Shown here in pieces: positions 28,083 through 36,974 of a stretch of DNA of 38,344 bases. The notes under the pieces were generated by a model that had not been told where the DNA came from, searched no databases, and saw only the letters and a list, made by a program, of their open reading frames with translations. Position 1 is the first letter of the stretch, and every line of letters begins with the position of its first letter. Origin of the DNA: Chloroflexota bacterium (GTDB taxonomy: Bacteria; Chloroflexota; Dehalococcoidia; UBA2979); NCBI GenBank assembly GCA_027593235.1, contig JAQCIU010000029.1, positions 1 to 38,344 of the forward strand. The letters are read 5' to 3'. Made by a program: the position numbers and the translations under genes.

Positions 28083-28543
28083 CCGAGAGCTACCACCTCG
28101 CCAAGCTCAACGTCGCGAAGATGCTCGGTCCCGCCGACGGCGAAGTGATGGCCAGCTTCATGGCCCAGCTCGACGAGGTGAACGCTGTCGCCGATGCCGC
28201 ACCCGGCTTCGTCTGGCGCCTCCAGACCGAGGACGGCGACGCCACGGCGATCCAGGCGTTCGACGACGACCGCATCCTCGTGAACATGTCCGTCTGGCAG
28301 TCGCTCCAGGCACTGCGCGACTACGCCTACGCCGGCCGCCACCTCGACGTCCTGCGCGACCGCCGCGAGTGGTTCGCCGGCTACCAGGGCCCCTACTCCG
28401 CCCTCTGGTGGATCCCCGCCGGCCACCTCCCAACCGTCGACGAAGCAAAGCAAAAGCTCGCCCACCTCTAGCAGCACGGCCCGACCGCCGAGGCCTTCAC
28501 CTTCCAGCACCTCTTCGAGGCACCGGCCCCGGTATCAGGCTAG
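28079..28543 (+). pseudogene. DUF3291-family gene with an in-frame TAG at 28469-28471
   Basis: HLAKLNVA, PGFVWRLQ, VNMSVW, LWWIPAGHLPT...LAHL*QHGPTAEAFTF; the family C-terminal HGPT..AFTF motif lies after the stop. Confidence 0.7.
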
Positions 28544-28547
28544 CGGG

Positions 28548-29006
28548 ATGCCCCACGCCTCTCTCAGGAGAAGGTCAGTCTCGGGCGGCATCGATCTCTT
28601 CGTCACGATCCTCATCGTCGTGGCGCTCGGCCTGATTACCGGGAGCACCGATCCGATCTTCGACCCCTCGCCCGGCACCACCGCCGCCGAGACCAACGAG
28701 GCGTACTTCGATTTCTTCTGGATGGCGGTCTTCTTCTTCGCGGTCTACGGCGCGGTTGCCGAGACGACGGTTCGACTCACGATCGGCAAAGCCATGACAG
28801 GAACCCGAACCGTGAGCAGGACCGGCGATCAGGTAGCGAGGGACCGCGCGTTGATGCGGAACGTCGCGAAACTCGCCTCGATCTACCCGTTCGCACTGGG
28901 GCTTGTCTGGGCCGTTGTCGACAAGCGAAACCGCGCCTGGCACGACCTCATGACGGGGACGTACGTCGCCGACGCGCGCCAGCCGACCTCCTCGAAGCGC
29001 CCTTAG
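28548..29006 (+). CDS. RDD-family membrane protein
   Basis: ASLRRR..GGID, TIGKAMTG, RALMRN, RAWHDLMTGTYV. Confidence 0.8.
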   Translation: MPHASLRRRSVSGGIDLFVTILIVVALGLITGSTDPIFDPSPGTTAAETNEAYFDFFWMAVFFFAVYGAVAETTVRLTIGKAMTGTRTVSRTGDQVARDRALMRNVAKLASIYPFALGLVWAVVDKRNRAWHDLMTGTYVADARQPTSSKRP

Positions 29007-29743
29007 TCCTCGTACGCGTCGTGCCGGCGCAGCCACGCCATCGACCACTGCAGCCCGTCCTCGTCCCGCCCCTTCGAGGTCAGGTCGAGCCAGTGGTACG
29101 CCCCGTTCACCAGATCGAGTCCGCGCGAAAACGTCTGGTACGTCAGGAAAATCCGGCCATCGTCCGTGCGACGGAACGCGCTAATGCCCGGCGCCTCGTC
29201 CATGCCCGTCTCCTGGGTGCCCAGGTTGTAGCGAGCCTCGCCACCCGCAAGCTCCTCCGGCCGGAAACTCACCCGCATATCGAAGTTGAAGTCGCTGCGT
29301 GCGGACGAATACCAGTCGAAGCCCCAGCCAATCCGCCGCCGGTACCCCGCGATCTGCTCCACCGACGCCCGCGACACCGCCACCAACGAGGTGTCCCGAT
29401 GCGCCAGGTGCACCTGGATCCCGTCGAAGTTGTCCGCCCAGAACGAACAGCTCGGGCAGCCCTCGACGCCCCAGTCCGGCCCGTACATGAAGTGATAGAC
29501 CAGCAACTGGCTGCGCCCGTCGAACAGATCCGCCAGCGTCCGCGTAGCCGCGGCCTCCGCACCCGCCGGCCCATCGAACGCGTACGGCGCGGTCACCTCC
29601 AGCCACGGCAGCGCGCGTCGCTCCGCGCTCACCGCGTCGCGCAGCCGCGTCAGCTCCTTCTCGCGCACCAGGTGCGCGCGCTGCGCCGCCAGCCACCCGT
29701 CGCCGTCGAGCACCGCGTGCCCGGCGTTACTCGTCGAGGTCAT
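29003..29743 (-). CDS. DUF899-family thioredoxin-like protein
   Basis: REKELTR, DLFDGRSQLLVYHFM, GCPSCSFWAD, LDLTSKGRDE. Confidence 0.9.
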   Translation of the reverse strand: MTSTSNAGHAVLDGDGWLAAQRAHLVREKELTRLRDAVSAERRALPWLEVTAPYAFDGPAGAEAAATRTLADLFDGRSQLLVYHFMYGPDWGVEGCPSCSFWADNFDGIQVHLAHRDTSLVAVSRASVEQIAGYRRRIGWGFDWYSSARSDFNFDMRVSFRPEELAGGEARYNLGTQETGMDEAPGISAFRRTDDGRIFLTYQTFSRGLDLVNGAYHWLDLTSKGRDEDGLQWSMAWLRRHDAYED

Positions 29744-29771
29744 CGTCGCTCCTCCGCTCGCGCCGGCGCGG

Positions 29772-30245
29772 CTACTCCGCGCCGGGCCCCGGATCCGGAC
29801 CGGGGTCGCCGCCGACCGCGGCGACCGCCAGCCGCTCGAGGTAGAACGCCCAGCCCTCGCCGTGCTGCGTCGCCGCCTCGTCCGTCGGCAGTTGGCTGTG
29901 CTCCAGCCGTACCACCGTCTCGTCGCCATCGGGCGTCAGCGTGATCTCCACCAGCGTCGACCCCGGCGGCAGCCCGTCGTTTCTGTCCCAGCCCCACGTG
30001 AAAGCCAGTCGTTCGAACGGCTCCACCACCCGGTACTCGCCGATCGCGATGTCGCGGTCTCCGTGGATATTGACCCGCATCCGCCCACCCGGACGCGGGT
30101 CCAGGTCAACCGACACCGCCTGCCACTTCGTCAGCTTCTCCGGCTCGATCAGGAACGACCAGACGATCTCCGGTGACGCGCCAATCCGCACCTCGCGCAC
30201 CACCGAGCGCAGCGTGCTCGTCGGTGAACTCGAATCGCTCGTCAT
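29772..30245 (-). CDS. SRPBCC/AHSA1-family protein
   Basis: ASPEIVWSFL, DPRPGG, LAFTWGW, HGEGWAFYLERL. Confidence 0.88.
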   Translation of the reverse strand: MTSDSSSPTSTLRSVVREVRIGASPEIVWSFLIEPEKLTKWQAVSVDLDPRPGGRMRVNIHGDRDIAIGEYRVVEPFERLAFTWGWDRNDGLPPGSTLVEITLTPDGDETVVRLEHSQLPTDEAATQHGEGWAFYLERLAVAAVGGDPGPDPGPGAE

Positions 30246-30574
30246 CGCTTCGTCCCCCGTCGTCGTCCCTGCTGCGTCGCCGCTTCATCCTCAGCCGCGT
30301 GCTTCAGCGCCTCCAGCCGCACGTCCCAGAACCCCTCCAGGAACGCGCGCAACTCGTTCAGCCCCTCCGGCAGCGCCCGGTAATACCGCCGCGTCCCCTC
30401 GCGGCGATCGGCCACCAGCCCCGCCTCACGCAACACCTTCAAGTGCTGCGAAATCGCCGGCCGCGTCACCTCGAACTGCGACGCAATCTCCCCAACCGTC
30501 AGCTCGCGATCCCGCACCATCGCGAGAATCTCGCGCCGCCGTGGCTCCGCCAGTGCCTGAAGTGCTGCTTCCAT
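30242..30574 (-). CDS. ArsR/SmtB-family transcriptional regulator
   Basis: ALAEPRRREIL, TRPAISQHLKVLREAGLV, GTRRYY. Confidence 0.92.
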   Translation of the reverse strand: MEAALQALAEPRRREILAMVRDRELTVGEIASQFEVTRPAISQHLKVLREAGLVADRREGTRRYYRALPEGLNELRAFLEGFWDVRLEALKHAAEDEAATQQGRRRGTKR

Positions 30575-30580
30575 GCCAGG

Positions 30581-30616
30581 AGACTAAGCCGTGCTATCGG
30601 TAAGCGTCAACTTACC
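30581..30616 (-). promoter_or_regulatory. Leaderless promoter with palindromic operator for the ArsR operon
   Basis: TTGACG (30605-30610)-18 nt-TAGTCT (30581-30586), 6 nt before the ATG; inverted repeat GGTAAG-N6-CTTACC (30599-30616) straddles the -35. Confidence 0.6.
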
Positions 30617-30828
30617 TTATCGGGTGATCAACTGCCCGCCCGGTCGCCGGTCGAATTTCCGAAACGCGGGCACGGGGGCGCAGCCCCGAGGCGTATCGGG
30701 TCGCCTCGCCCGCAGCCCCCCGAGGCATGTAGCCCGCTACGAAAGAACACGGTCGCTGGCGAAGCCAGTGACGATCCCCAGCCACAGGCGAGTCCCGCGA
30801 GATGCCACGAGGTGGCGCGAGCTGCCGG

Positions 30829-31698
30829 CTAAGCCGACTCCTCGCCCTTCGGCGGCATCGCCGCCACCAACTCGAACGCCCGCCGCAACAGCGCCGCCGG
30901 CATCCCCACGAGGTCGGCAATCTGCGAGGCGCGATCACCCGCCGGCAGCAGCTCCTCGGACCAGCGCTCCCCGTCGAAGCGCAGCAGCGTGTCCGGCGGT
31001 GAGAACCGCACCGTCGTCCCGTCCCCAAACGTGCGCGTCACCCGCACGGCATCGAGGAACAACCCGCCCGGCCCGTAGTCGCGAACCACCTGCGCGTCGT
31101 AGTCATCGAGATCCCACCGACGATCGATGAACTCGTACACGAGCCCCGCGTCCAGACGCAGCCGTTCCCGCGACCCGTGCAGTTCGAGCCGCCAGCGGTT
31201 CGAGGCCGTCCGTCGCAACTCATTCTTGAACGACGGCGCGCCCGCGCTCGCCATCCCGGATGCCAGCAACGGGATCGGCGCCGCCAGCTCCAGCCCCATT
31301 CCGACATCGGACAGGTACCGCCCGCCGTCGATCACCACGCTCAGCGCCGCGTGGTGGTGCACGCCGCCGTGCTGCGGCATGTCGTTCACGTGCAGGCCCG
31401 CCTCGAAGCCCAGCGCCGTCAGCAGCGACCAGTAGGCGTAGTCGCTCTCGAAGCAGGTCCCGCCGCTCCCCTGCGCGATCGCCAGCGCCCAGAACTCCGC
31501 CGGCCGCCGCGGCCGGTCCCCCAGCGCCTCAACCTCCGAGGCACGCACCACCCTCGACGCCGTCTCCCACGGCACATGCCGCTTATACGCCCGCTGCAAC
31601 CGCCCCAGGTACCCCCGCGACGGCGCCTCGCGCCCGACCTCGAGGAAGTCGAGCACGGCAGCGAGTTCGTCACGTTCGAGCTGCCGGCGATGCTCCAT
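30829..31698 (-). CDS. Arylamine N-acetyltransferase-like protein
   Basis: HVPWET, GGTCFE (Cys), HHAAL (His), YLSDVG (Asp). Confidence 0.75.
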   Translation of the reverse strand: MEHRRQLERDELAAVLDFLEVGREAPSRGYLGRLQRAYKRHVPWETASRVVRASEVEALGDRPRRPAEFWALAIAQGSGGTCFESDYAYWSLLTALGFEAGLHVNDMPQHGGVHHHAALSVVIDGGRYLSDVGMGLELAAPIPLLASGMASAGAPSFKNELRRTASNRWRLELHGSRERLRLDAGLVYEFIDRRWDLDDYDAQVVRDYGPGGLFLDAVRVTRTFGDGTTVRFSPPDTLLRFDGERWSEELLPAGDRASQIADLVGMPAALLRRAFELVAAMPPKGEESA

Positions 31699-31799
31699 CC
31701 GCGGAGCGTACTGCCGGACGGCGTCTGTCGTGACGTCCGTATACTTCCCCGATGCCCGAGCACTGAAACCAGACCCCCCGCCCCGCCTCCGAGGCAGGA

Positions 31800-32768
31800 A
31801 TGCGCCGCAACCTGCGCATCCTCCCCTGGTGGTGGGTCCTCCGCTGGCCCGCCTTTGGCGAGGCCCTCTGGGTCATCTACCTCGTCGAAGAACGCGGCTT
31901 TTCGCTCGGGGACGTCTTCGTCCTACATGCGATCTTCGTCGCCGTCGCGCTCACCGCCGAGGTGCCCTCGGGCGTCTTTGCCGATCGCTTCGGACGGCGC
32001 CCGTCGCTCGTGCTGGCCACCGCGCTGATCGCGTTTGGCTTCCTCTCGTTCGGGCTCGCCGATCGGACGCTGGTGTTGGCGGCGGCCTGGCTCTCGCTGG
32101 CACTGGCGGACGCGTTCATGTCCGGCGCCGACACCGCGCTCCTCTACGAGACCGTGGAATCGCTCGACCGCCGCGACGACTTCACCTCGAAGTTGGGGCG
32201 GTATGGAGCGGTCCAGAACGCCGCGCTCGCGGCGACGATCCTCGTCTTCGCGCTGCTGACACTGACGCCGGAGCTGATGGGCCTGACCATCCAGCCGCTG
32301 GTGCGCTCGTACAACCTGCCGCTCTGGGCGCTGGGCGTGTCGGGCGCCGGCGTGATGCTGTCCAGCTCCGTGGGCGCCTGGTTGTCCGGACCGCTCGGAA
32401 CGCGCTGGGGCGTCGGCCGCTTGATGTGGACCGTCGCGCCGCTCGCGGCGTTGATGCTGCTGGCCGGCGCCTCGGGTTCCGCGATCCTGCTCCCGCTGTT
32501 CGTCCTGCCGACGTTCTGCTGGAGCCTGCTCAACCCCCACGTCGCCGACTACCTGTCGAGGCGGACGCGCGCCTCGGAGCGTGCGACGATCCTGTCGCTG
32601 ATGAACTTCGCGCCGGGCGTCCTCTCGATCGGCGTCACCGCCTCGCTTGCCCCGCTGATCGACTCCGCCGGCCTGCGGACGACGCTCGGGACCAGCGCGA
32701 TCGTCCTCGTCGCCCTGATCGTCGCCGCGCTCGCGTTCTGGACACGCGCGGATCGTCGCGCCGCGTAG
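31800..32768 (+). CDS. MFS transporter, short (possible internal deletion)
   Basis: AEVPSGVFADRFGRRPSL, FMSGADTALLYE, RATILSL; only 322 aa. Confidence 0.75.
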   Translation: MRRNLRILPWWWVLRWPAFGEALWVIYLVEERGFSLGDVFVLHAIFVAVALTAEVPSGVFADRFGRRPSLVLATALIAFGFLSFGLADRTLVLAAAWLSLALADAFMSGADTALLYETVESLDRRDDFTSKLGRYGAVQNAALAATILVFALLTLTPELMGLTIQPLVRSYNLPLWALGVSGAGVMLSSSVGAWLSGPLGTRWGVGRLMWTVAPLAALMLLAGASGSAILLPLFVLPTFCWSLLNPHVADYLSRRTRASERATILSLMNFAPGVLSIGVTASLAPLIDSAGLRTTLGTSAIVLVALIVAALAFWTRADRRAA

Positions 32769-32833
32769 AGCGACCACCGAGGCGGGCGCTGATACGCTCG
32801 CCCGCGACGTTCCGCCGTTTGAGATGAGTCAGC

Positions 32834-34030
32834 ATGTTCCCCAAAACCGAAGCCCAGGCCCGCCTCCTCGAGGTCGCCGAACGCCTCGCCGTCCAGTTCG
32901 CGACCACCGCCGCCGCGCACGACCGCGACGGCTCGTTCCCGTTCGAAAACTTCGAGGCGATGCGTGACGCCGGCTACCTCGCCGCCGCGATCCCCGCCGA
33001 GTACGGCGGTCCCGGCCACGGCCTGACCGATCTCGTCCTCGCCCAGCTCGCGCTCGCCAAGGGTGACGGCAGCACCGCGCTCAGCGTCGGCATGCACCTG
33101 ATGACCACCGGCACCGAGGCCAGCTCGCACGGCTGGCCGGACGCGATCCGCGAGCGCATCTTCCGCGACGTCGTCGAGAACGGCGCGCTGGTCAACAACA
33201 TCGCCGCCGAGCCGGAGATGGGCTCCCCCCGCAGTGGCGGCCGCCCCGCCACCATCCTCGAACCCGACGGCCCCGGACGCTGGAAGCTCACCGGCCGCAA
33301 AACCTTCTCCACCCTCAGCCCCGTGCTCACCTACTTCGTCAGCTACTGCGCCATCGAGGACGGCAGCGGCGACGTCGGCCGAGTCGCCGTCCATCGCGAT
33401 CGCCCCGGCATCTCGATCGACGAAACCTGGGACGCCCTCGGCATGCGCGCCACCGGCTCCCACGACGTCGTCTACGACCACGTCCCAATCGAAGACGCCG
33501 ACATCGTCAGCCGCCGCTCCATCGAGGCCAATCGCGACGCCATGACTGGCGGCGGCGCCTGGTTCCCCATGCTCGTCGGCGCCGCGAACCTCGGAGTCTC
33601 CGAGGCCGCACGCGACTACGCCGTCCGCTTCGCGCGCGATCGCAATCCCGGCGGCCGCGGCGCCCTCGCCACCATCCCCTACGTCCGCGAACAGATCGCC
33701 CGCGCCGACACCAAGCTGATCGCCGCCCGCCAGCTCCTCCTCACCACCTCCGAGGACTGGGAACAACACCCCGGCGCGCGCGCCCAGCTCGAACCGCAGG
33801 TCTTCACCGCGAAGCTCCTCGCCACCAACACCGCCATCGAGGTCGTCGAAATCGCCATGCGCCTCGTCGGCGGCGTCGCCCTCCAGCGCGACCAACCCCT
33901 CGAGCGCTACTTCCGCGACGTCCGCGGCGGCCTCGTCAACCCGCCAATCGAAGCCCGCGCGCTCGAGAACATCGCCAAACTCGCCCTCGACGGCGACGAG
34001 CCCGGCAGCATCGCCCCCCGGCTGGACTAG
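32834..34030 (+). CDS. Acyl-CoA dehydrogenase-family protein
   Basis: HDRDGSFP, TGRKTFST, WDALGMRATGSHDV, LERYFRDVR. Confidence 0.9.
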   Translation: MFPKTEAQARLLEVAERLAVQFATTAAAHDRDGSFPFENFEAMRDAGYLAAAIPAEYGGPGHGLTDLVLAQLALAKGDGSTALSVGMHLMTTGTEASSHGWPDAIRERIFRDVVENGALVNNIAAEPEMGSPRSGGRPATILEPDGPGRWKLTGRKTFSTLSPVLTYFVSYCAIEDGSGDVGRVAVHRDRPGISIDETWDALGMRATGSHDVVYDHVPIEDADIVSRRSIEANRDAMTGGGAWFPMLVGAANLGVSEAARDYAVRFARDRNPGGRGALATIPYVREQIARADTKLIAARQLLLTTSEDWEQHPGARAQLEPQVFTAKLLATNTAIEVVEIAMRLVGGVALQRDQPLERYFRDVRGGLVNPPIEARALENIAKLALDGDEPGSIAPRLD

Positions 34031-34034
34031 CGCC

Positions 34035-34562
34035 GTGCCCCTCCCGATCGCGACTGACCGCCTCACGCTCCGCCGTTTCGAGGAAGGCGACGTCGCAGCC
34101 ATCCTCCGCCTCTCCGCCGACCCCTCCGTCCACGAAGAAGCCGACGAGCTCGGCTCGAACGAGGACGAGGCGCTGACCTACATCCGCGCCCAACTCGCCC
34201 TCACCCCATTCCAGCAAGACGCCCTCTTCGACCTCGCGATCGTGCCGCACGAGGTCGGCGAACTGGTCGGCATGGCGACCGTCGTCCGCGGCGCAACAAC
34301 CGCCGAGGTCGGCTTCGCCCTCCATTCCGACTACCGAGGTCGCGGCTACGCGACGGAGACCGCTTCCGCCCTCGTCGACACCGCCTTCCGCGAACTCGCC
34401 GTCGACGAGGTGCAGGCGCAGGTCGCCCCGGACAACGCCGCGTCGCGCGCCGTCCTCGCACGAATCGGCCTCCGCGAAGTCGGCGACCGGTTCGAGGTCC
34501 GCGAGGCCGGGGACCTCGCCTACGCGATCACGCGTCCGGAGTGGGCCGGCCGCTCCTCGTAG
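34035..34562 (+). CDS. RimJ/RimL-type GNAT acetyltransferase
   Basis: TDRLTLRRF, EVGFAL, YRGRGYATE, NAASRAVLARIG. Confidence 0.85.
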   Translation: MPLPIATDRLTLRRFEEGDVAAILRLSADPSVHEEADELGSNEDEALTYIRAQLALTPFQQDALFDLAIVPHEVGELVGMATVVRGATTAEVGFALHSDYRGRGYATETASALVDTAFRELAVDEVQAQVAPDNAASRAVLARIGLREVGDRFEVREAGDLAYAITRPEWAGRSS

Positions 34563-34644
34563 CTCCGTCCCCAACGCGGCGCGACGCGCCCTCTACAATG
34601 ACGCCGCCTCGGCAGGTGGTCGTGGTGGCAGGAGCGGTGGACCG

Positions 34645-36285
34645 ATGAACGGCAACGAACTGATCGCGAAGATCCTCAAGCGCGAAGGCGTCGAGTGGAT
34701 CGCCTGCTTCCCCAGCAACCCGCTCATCGAAGCTGTGGCGAAGGAGGGCATCCGTCCGATCGCCTTCCGCCACGAACGCGGAGCCGTCATGGCCGCTGAC
34801 GGCTTCAGCCGCACCAGCGACCGCCAGCGCTTCGGCGTCGTCGCCGTCCAGAATCAGGCTGGTGCGGAAAACTCCCTCGGCGGCATCGCCCAGGCAGCGG
34901 CCGACAACATTCCGATCCTCTTTCTGCCCGGCGGCGTCCCGCTCAACTCGCTCGATGTTCGCCCCAACTACAGCATCAAGGAGAACTACCGAGGTCTCGT
35001 GAAGCACGTGGAGACCATCTACCGACCGGACCAGGTCGCCACCGTCATGCGCCGCGCTTTCGCCGGCCTCCGCAACGGCGCCCCCGGCCCGATGGTCGTC
35101 GAACTCTCCGCCGATGTCTGCGCCGCTGACACCCCCAACACCCTCGATGACTACAACTCCCCCACCGTCGCCACCCACGTCCCCGCGGCCAGTGACATCA
35201 AGGCCGCTGCCCAGAAGCTCGTCGACGCGAAGCGCCCGCTCCTCTGGGCCGGCGGCGGCGTCCTCTTCTCGCGCGCCACCGAGGAACTGCGCGAACTCGC
35301 CGAACTCCTCGCCGCCCCCGTCTTCACCACCATGCAGGGCAAGTCCGCCATCGATGAGCGCCACCCGCTCGCCCTCGGCGCCGGCAGCGGCGCCACCACC
35401 GGCCCCGCCCACAAGTGGCTCAGCACCTGCGACGTGATGATCGCGCTCGGCTCCAGCCTCACCCGCACCGGCTACGCGCAGGCGATCCCCGCGCAGGCAT
35501 CGCTCATCCAGAACACGAACAACCCGGACGAGATCGGCAAGGACGAAGCCATCGACATCGGCCTCGTCGGCGACACGAAGCTCACCCTCCAGGCCCTCAT
35601 CGACGAAGTGAAGTCGCTGATCGGCGGCCCTCGCGACTCCTCAGCCGTCGCTGCCGAGATCGCCACCATCCGCGCCGCCTGGCTCGAAGAGTGGGCGCCC
35701 CTGCTCCACTCGGACGAGCAGCCGCTCAACACCTACCGCGTGATCCACGAGATCAACGAGAACCTCGACCTCGAGAACAGCATGGTCACCCACGACGCCG
35801 GCGCGCCGCGTGACTCGATCATCCCGTTCTTCCAGGCGACAACGCCGCACAGCTACATCGGATGGGGCAAGACCACCCACCTCGGCTTCGGCATCCCGCT
35901 GATGATCGGCGCCAAGATGGCCAGCCCCGACAAGTTCTGCCTCAACCTGATGGGCGACGGCGCCTTCGGCATGTCCGGCACCGACCTCGAAACCGCCTCA
36001 CGCTCCGGCGCCGCGATCACCACCGTGCTGCTCAACAACGGCGGCATGGCCACCTACCCCGGCGGCTTCCCCACCGCCCGCGAGACCTACGGCGTCTCCC
36101 ACATGCAGGGCAACTACGCCAAGATCGCTGAGGGCATGGGCGCCATCGGCATCGAGGTCGAGACCGGCGCAGAGATGGCGCAAGCACTCCAGGCCGCGCG
36201 CAAGCACAACGCCAACGGCGAGACGGTGCTGATCGACGTCCACTCCGACATGGAGGGCCGCCGCTCCCGCTTCGAGCGCTCGTGA
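34645..36285 (+). CDS. Thiamine-diphosphate-dependent enzyme (acetolactate-synthase-like family)
   Basis: RHERGAVMAADGFSR; ThDP motif GDGAFGM...LLNN; TACAAT -10 at 34594. Confidence 0.88.
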   Translation: MNGNELIAKILKREGVEWIACFPSNPLIEAVAKEGIRPIAFRHERGAVMAADGFSRTSDRQRFGVVAVQNQAGAENSLGGIAQAAADNIPILFLPGGVPLNSLDVRPNYSIKENYRGLVKHVETIYRPDQVATVMRRAFAGLRNGAPGPMVVELSADVCAADTPNTLDDYNSPTVATHVPAASDIKAAAQKLVDAKRPLLWAGGGVLFSRATEELRELAELLAAPVFTTMQGKSAIDERHPLALGAGSGATTGPAHKWLSTCDVMIALGSSLTRTGYAQAIPAQASLIQNTNNPDEIGKDEAIDIGLVGDTKLTLQALIDEVKSLIGGPRDSSAVAAEIATIRAAWLEEWAPLLHSDEQPLNTYRVIHEINENLDLENSMVTHDAGAPRDSIIPFFQATTPHSYIGWGKTTHLGFGIPLMIGAKMASPDKFCLNLMGDGAFGMSGTDLETASRSGAAITTVLLNNGGMATYPGGFPTARETYGVSHMQGNYAKIAEGMGAIGIEVETGAEMAQALQAARKHNANGETVLIDVHSDMEGRRSRFERS

Positions 36286-36518
36286 CGCGACCGCGTTGAC
36301 CTTCTGGTGACGTCTCGGCGCTCCGCGGACATGCGCGATCCGGTGCCTCTGCGGCGGTGATGGGGACGAGCCGGGCAACAGCCCCTGGCACGCGCAGCGA
36401 ACGCGCCGATTCCAACAGTCGAAGATCCGGTCTCTCGCCCCGAAGACGGAAGACTAACCGCACCGATTTGGGCGATCAGGGATCCGGACACCACCCAGCA
36501 GACCCCCAACGACACCGC

Positions 36519-36584
36519 GCAGCGATTCCGGAGGCGAGGCGTAGCGATTCCGGAGGCAAGGTGCAGTAACTCCGGAGGCGAGGC
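36519..36584. repeat. 22-bp degenerate tandem repeat x3
   Basis: GCAGCGATTCCGGAGGCGAGGC GTAGCGATTCCGGAGGCAAGGT GCAGTAACTCCGGAGGCGAGGC. Confidence 0.8.
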
Positions 36585-36746
36585 GAAGCCCTCGCCGGTC
36601 CGAAAGTGGGGGTCAAGGGGGCGACGCCCACTGAGGTCCCGGGTGGCCTCGCCCGTAAGGCGATCAACGGAGGTCGGCAGGTCCCCTTACGGAACCACAG
36701 TCGCGGGCAAAGCCCGTGACCGCCTCTCGCCGCAGGCGAGTCCCCC
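36573..36746. ncRNA. Candidate structured RNA or MITE-like element, unidentified
   Basis: At least six helices found by eye within 175 nt of a 690-nt intergenic gap; strand undetermined. Confidence 0.35.
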
Positions 36747-36974
36747 TCTGCCCGCACAACCCCCGAGGCCACTCAACCCTCGAGGTCCGCACACGGACGC
36801 CCCCACGACCTCCCGAGGCCAATCGCCCCGCCGAGGTCCCGCGCCCGAACGCGCGCCGCGCGCCCTACGGCAACCCACGCTCCGAGCGCCGCACCACATA
36901 CCGAGGCGGCCCGCCGGCCCTCGAGGACCGGCGTCCCCACCTCGGTGTGCGTGCCAATCGATCGCTGCTGGCGC

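Noticed and set aside
21800-28543. Genome-wide TAG reassignment or pyrrolysine usage
   Set aside because: Many genes here end at TAG where their families end (e.g. 2668, 7623, 8426, 11836, 34030). The two internal TAGs replace different residues, and no pyl genes are in the window.
36690-36730. Cobalamin riboswitch (minus strand GCCCGCGACTGT resembles the CCCGCnACTGT box)
   Set aside because: The upstream GGGAA/GGTG-AA-TCC and downstream B12-box elements are absent, and no gene starts downstream on that strand.
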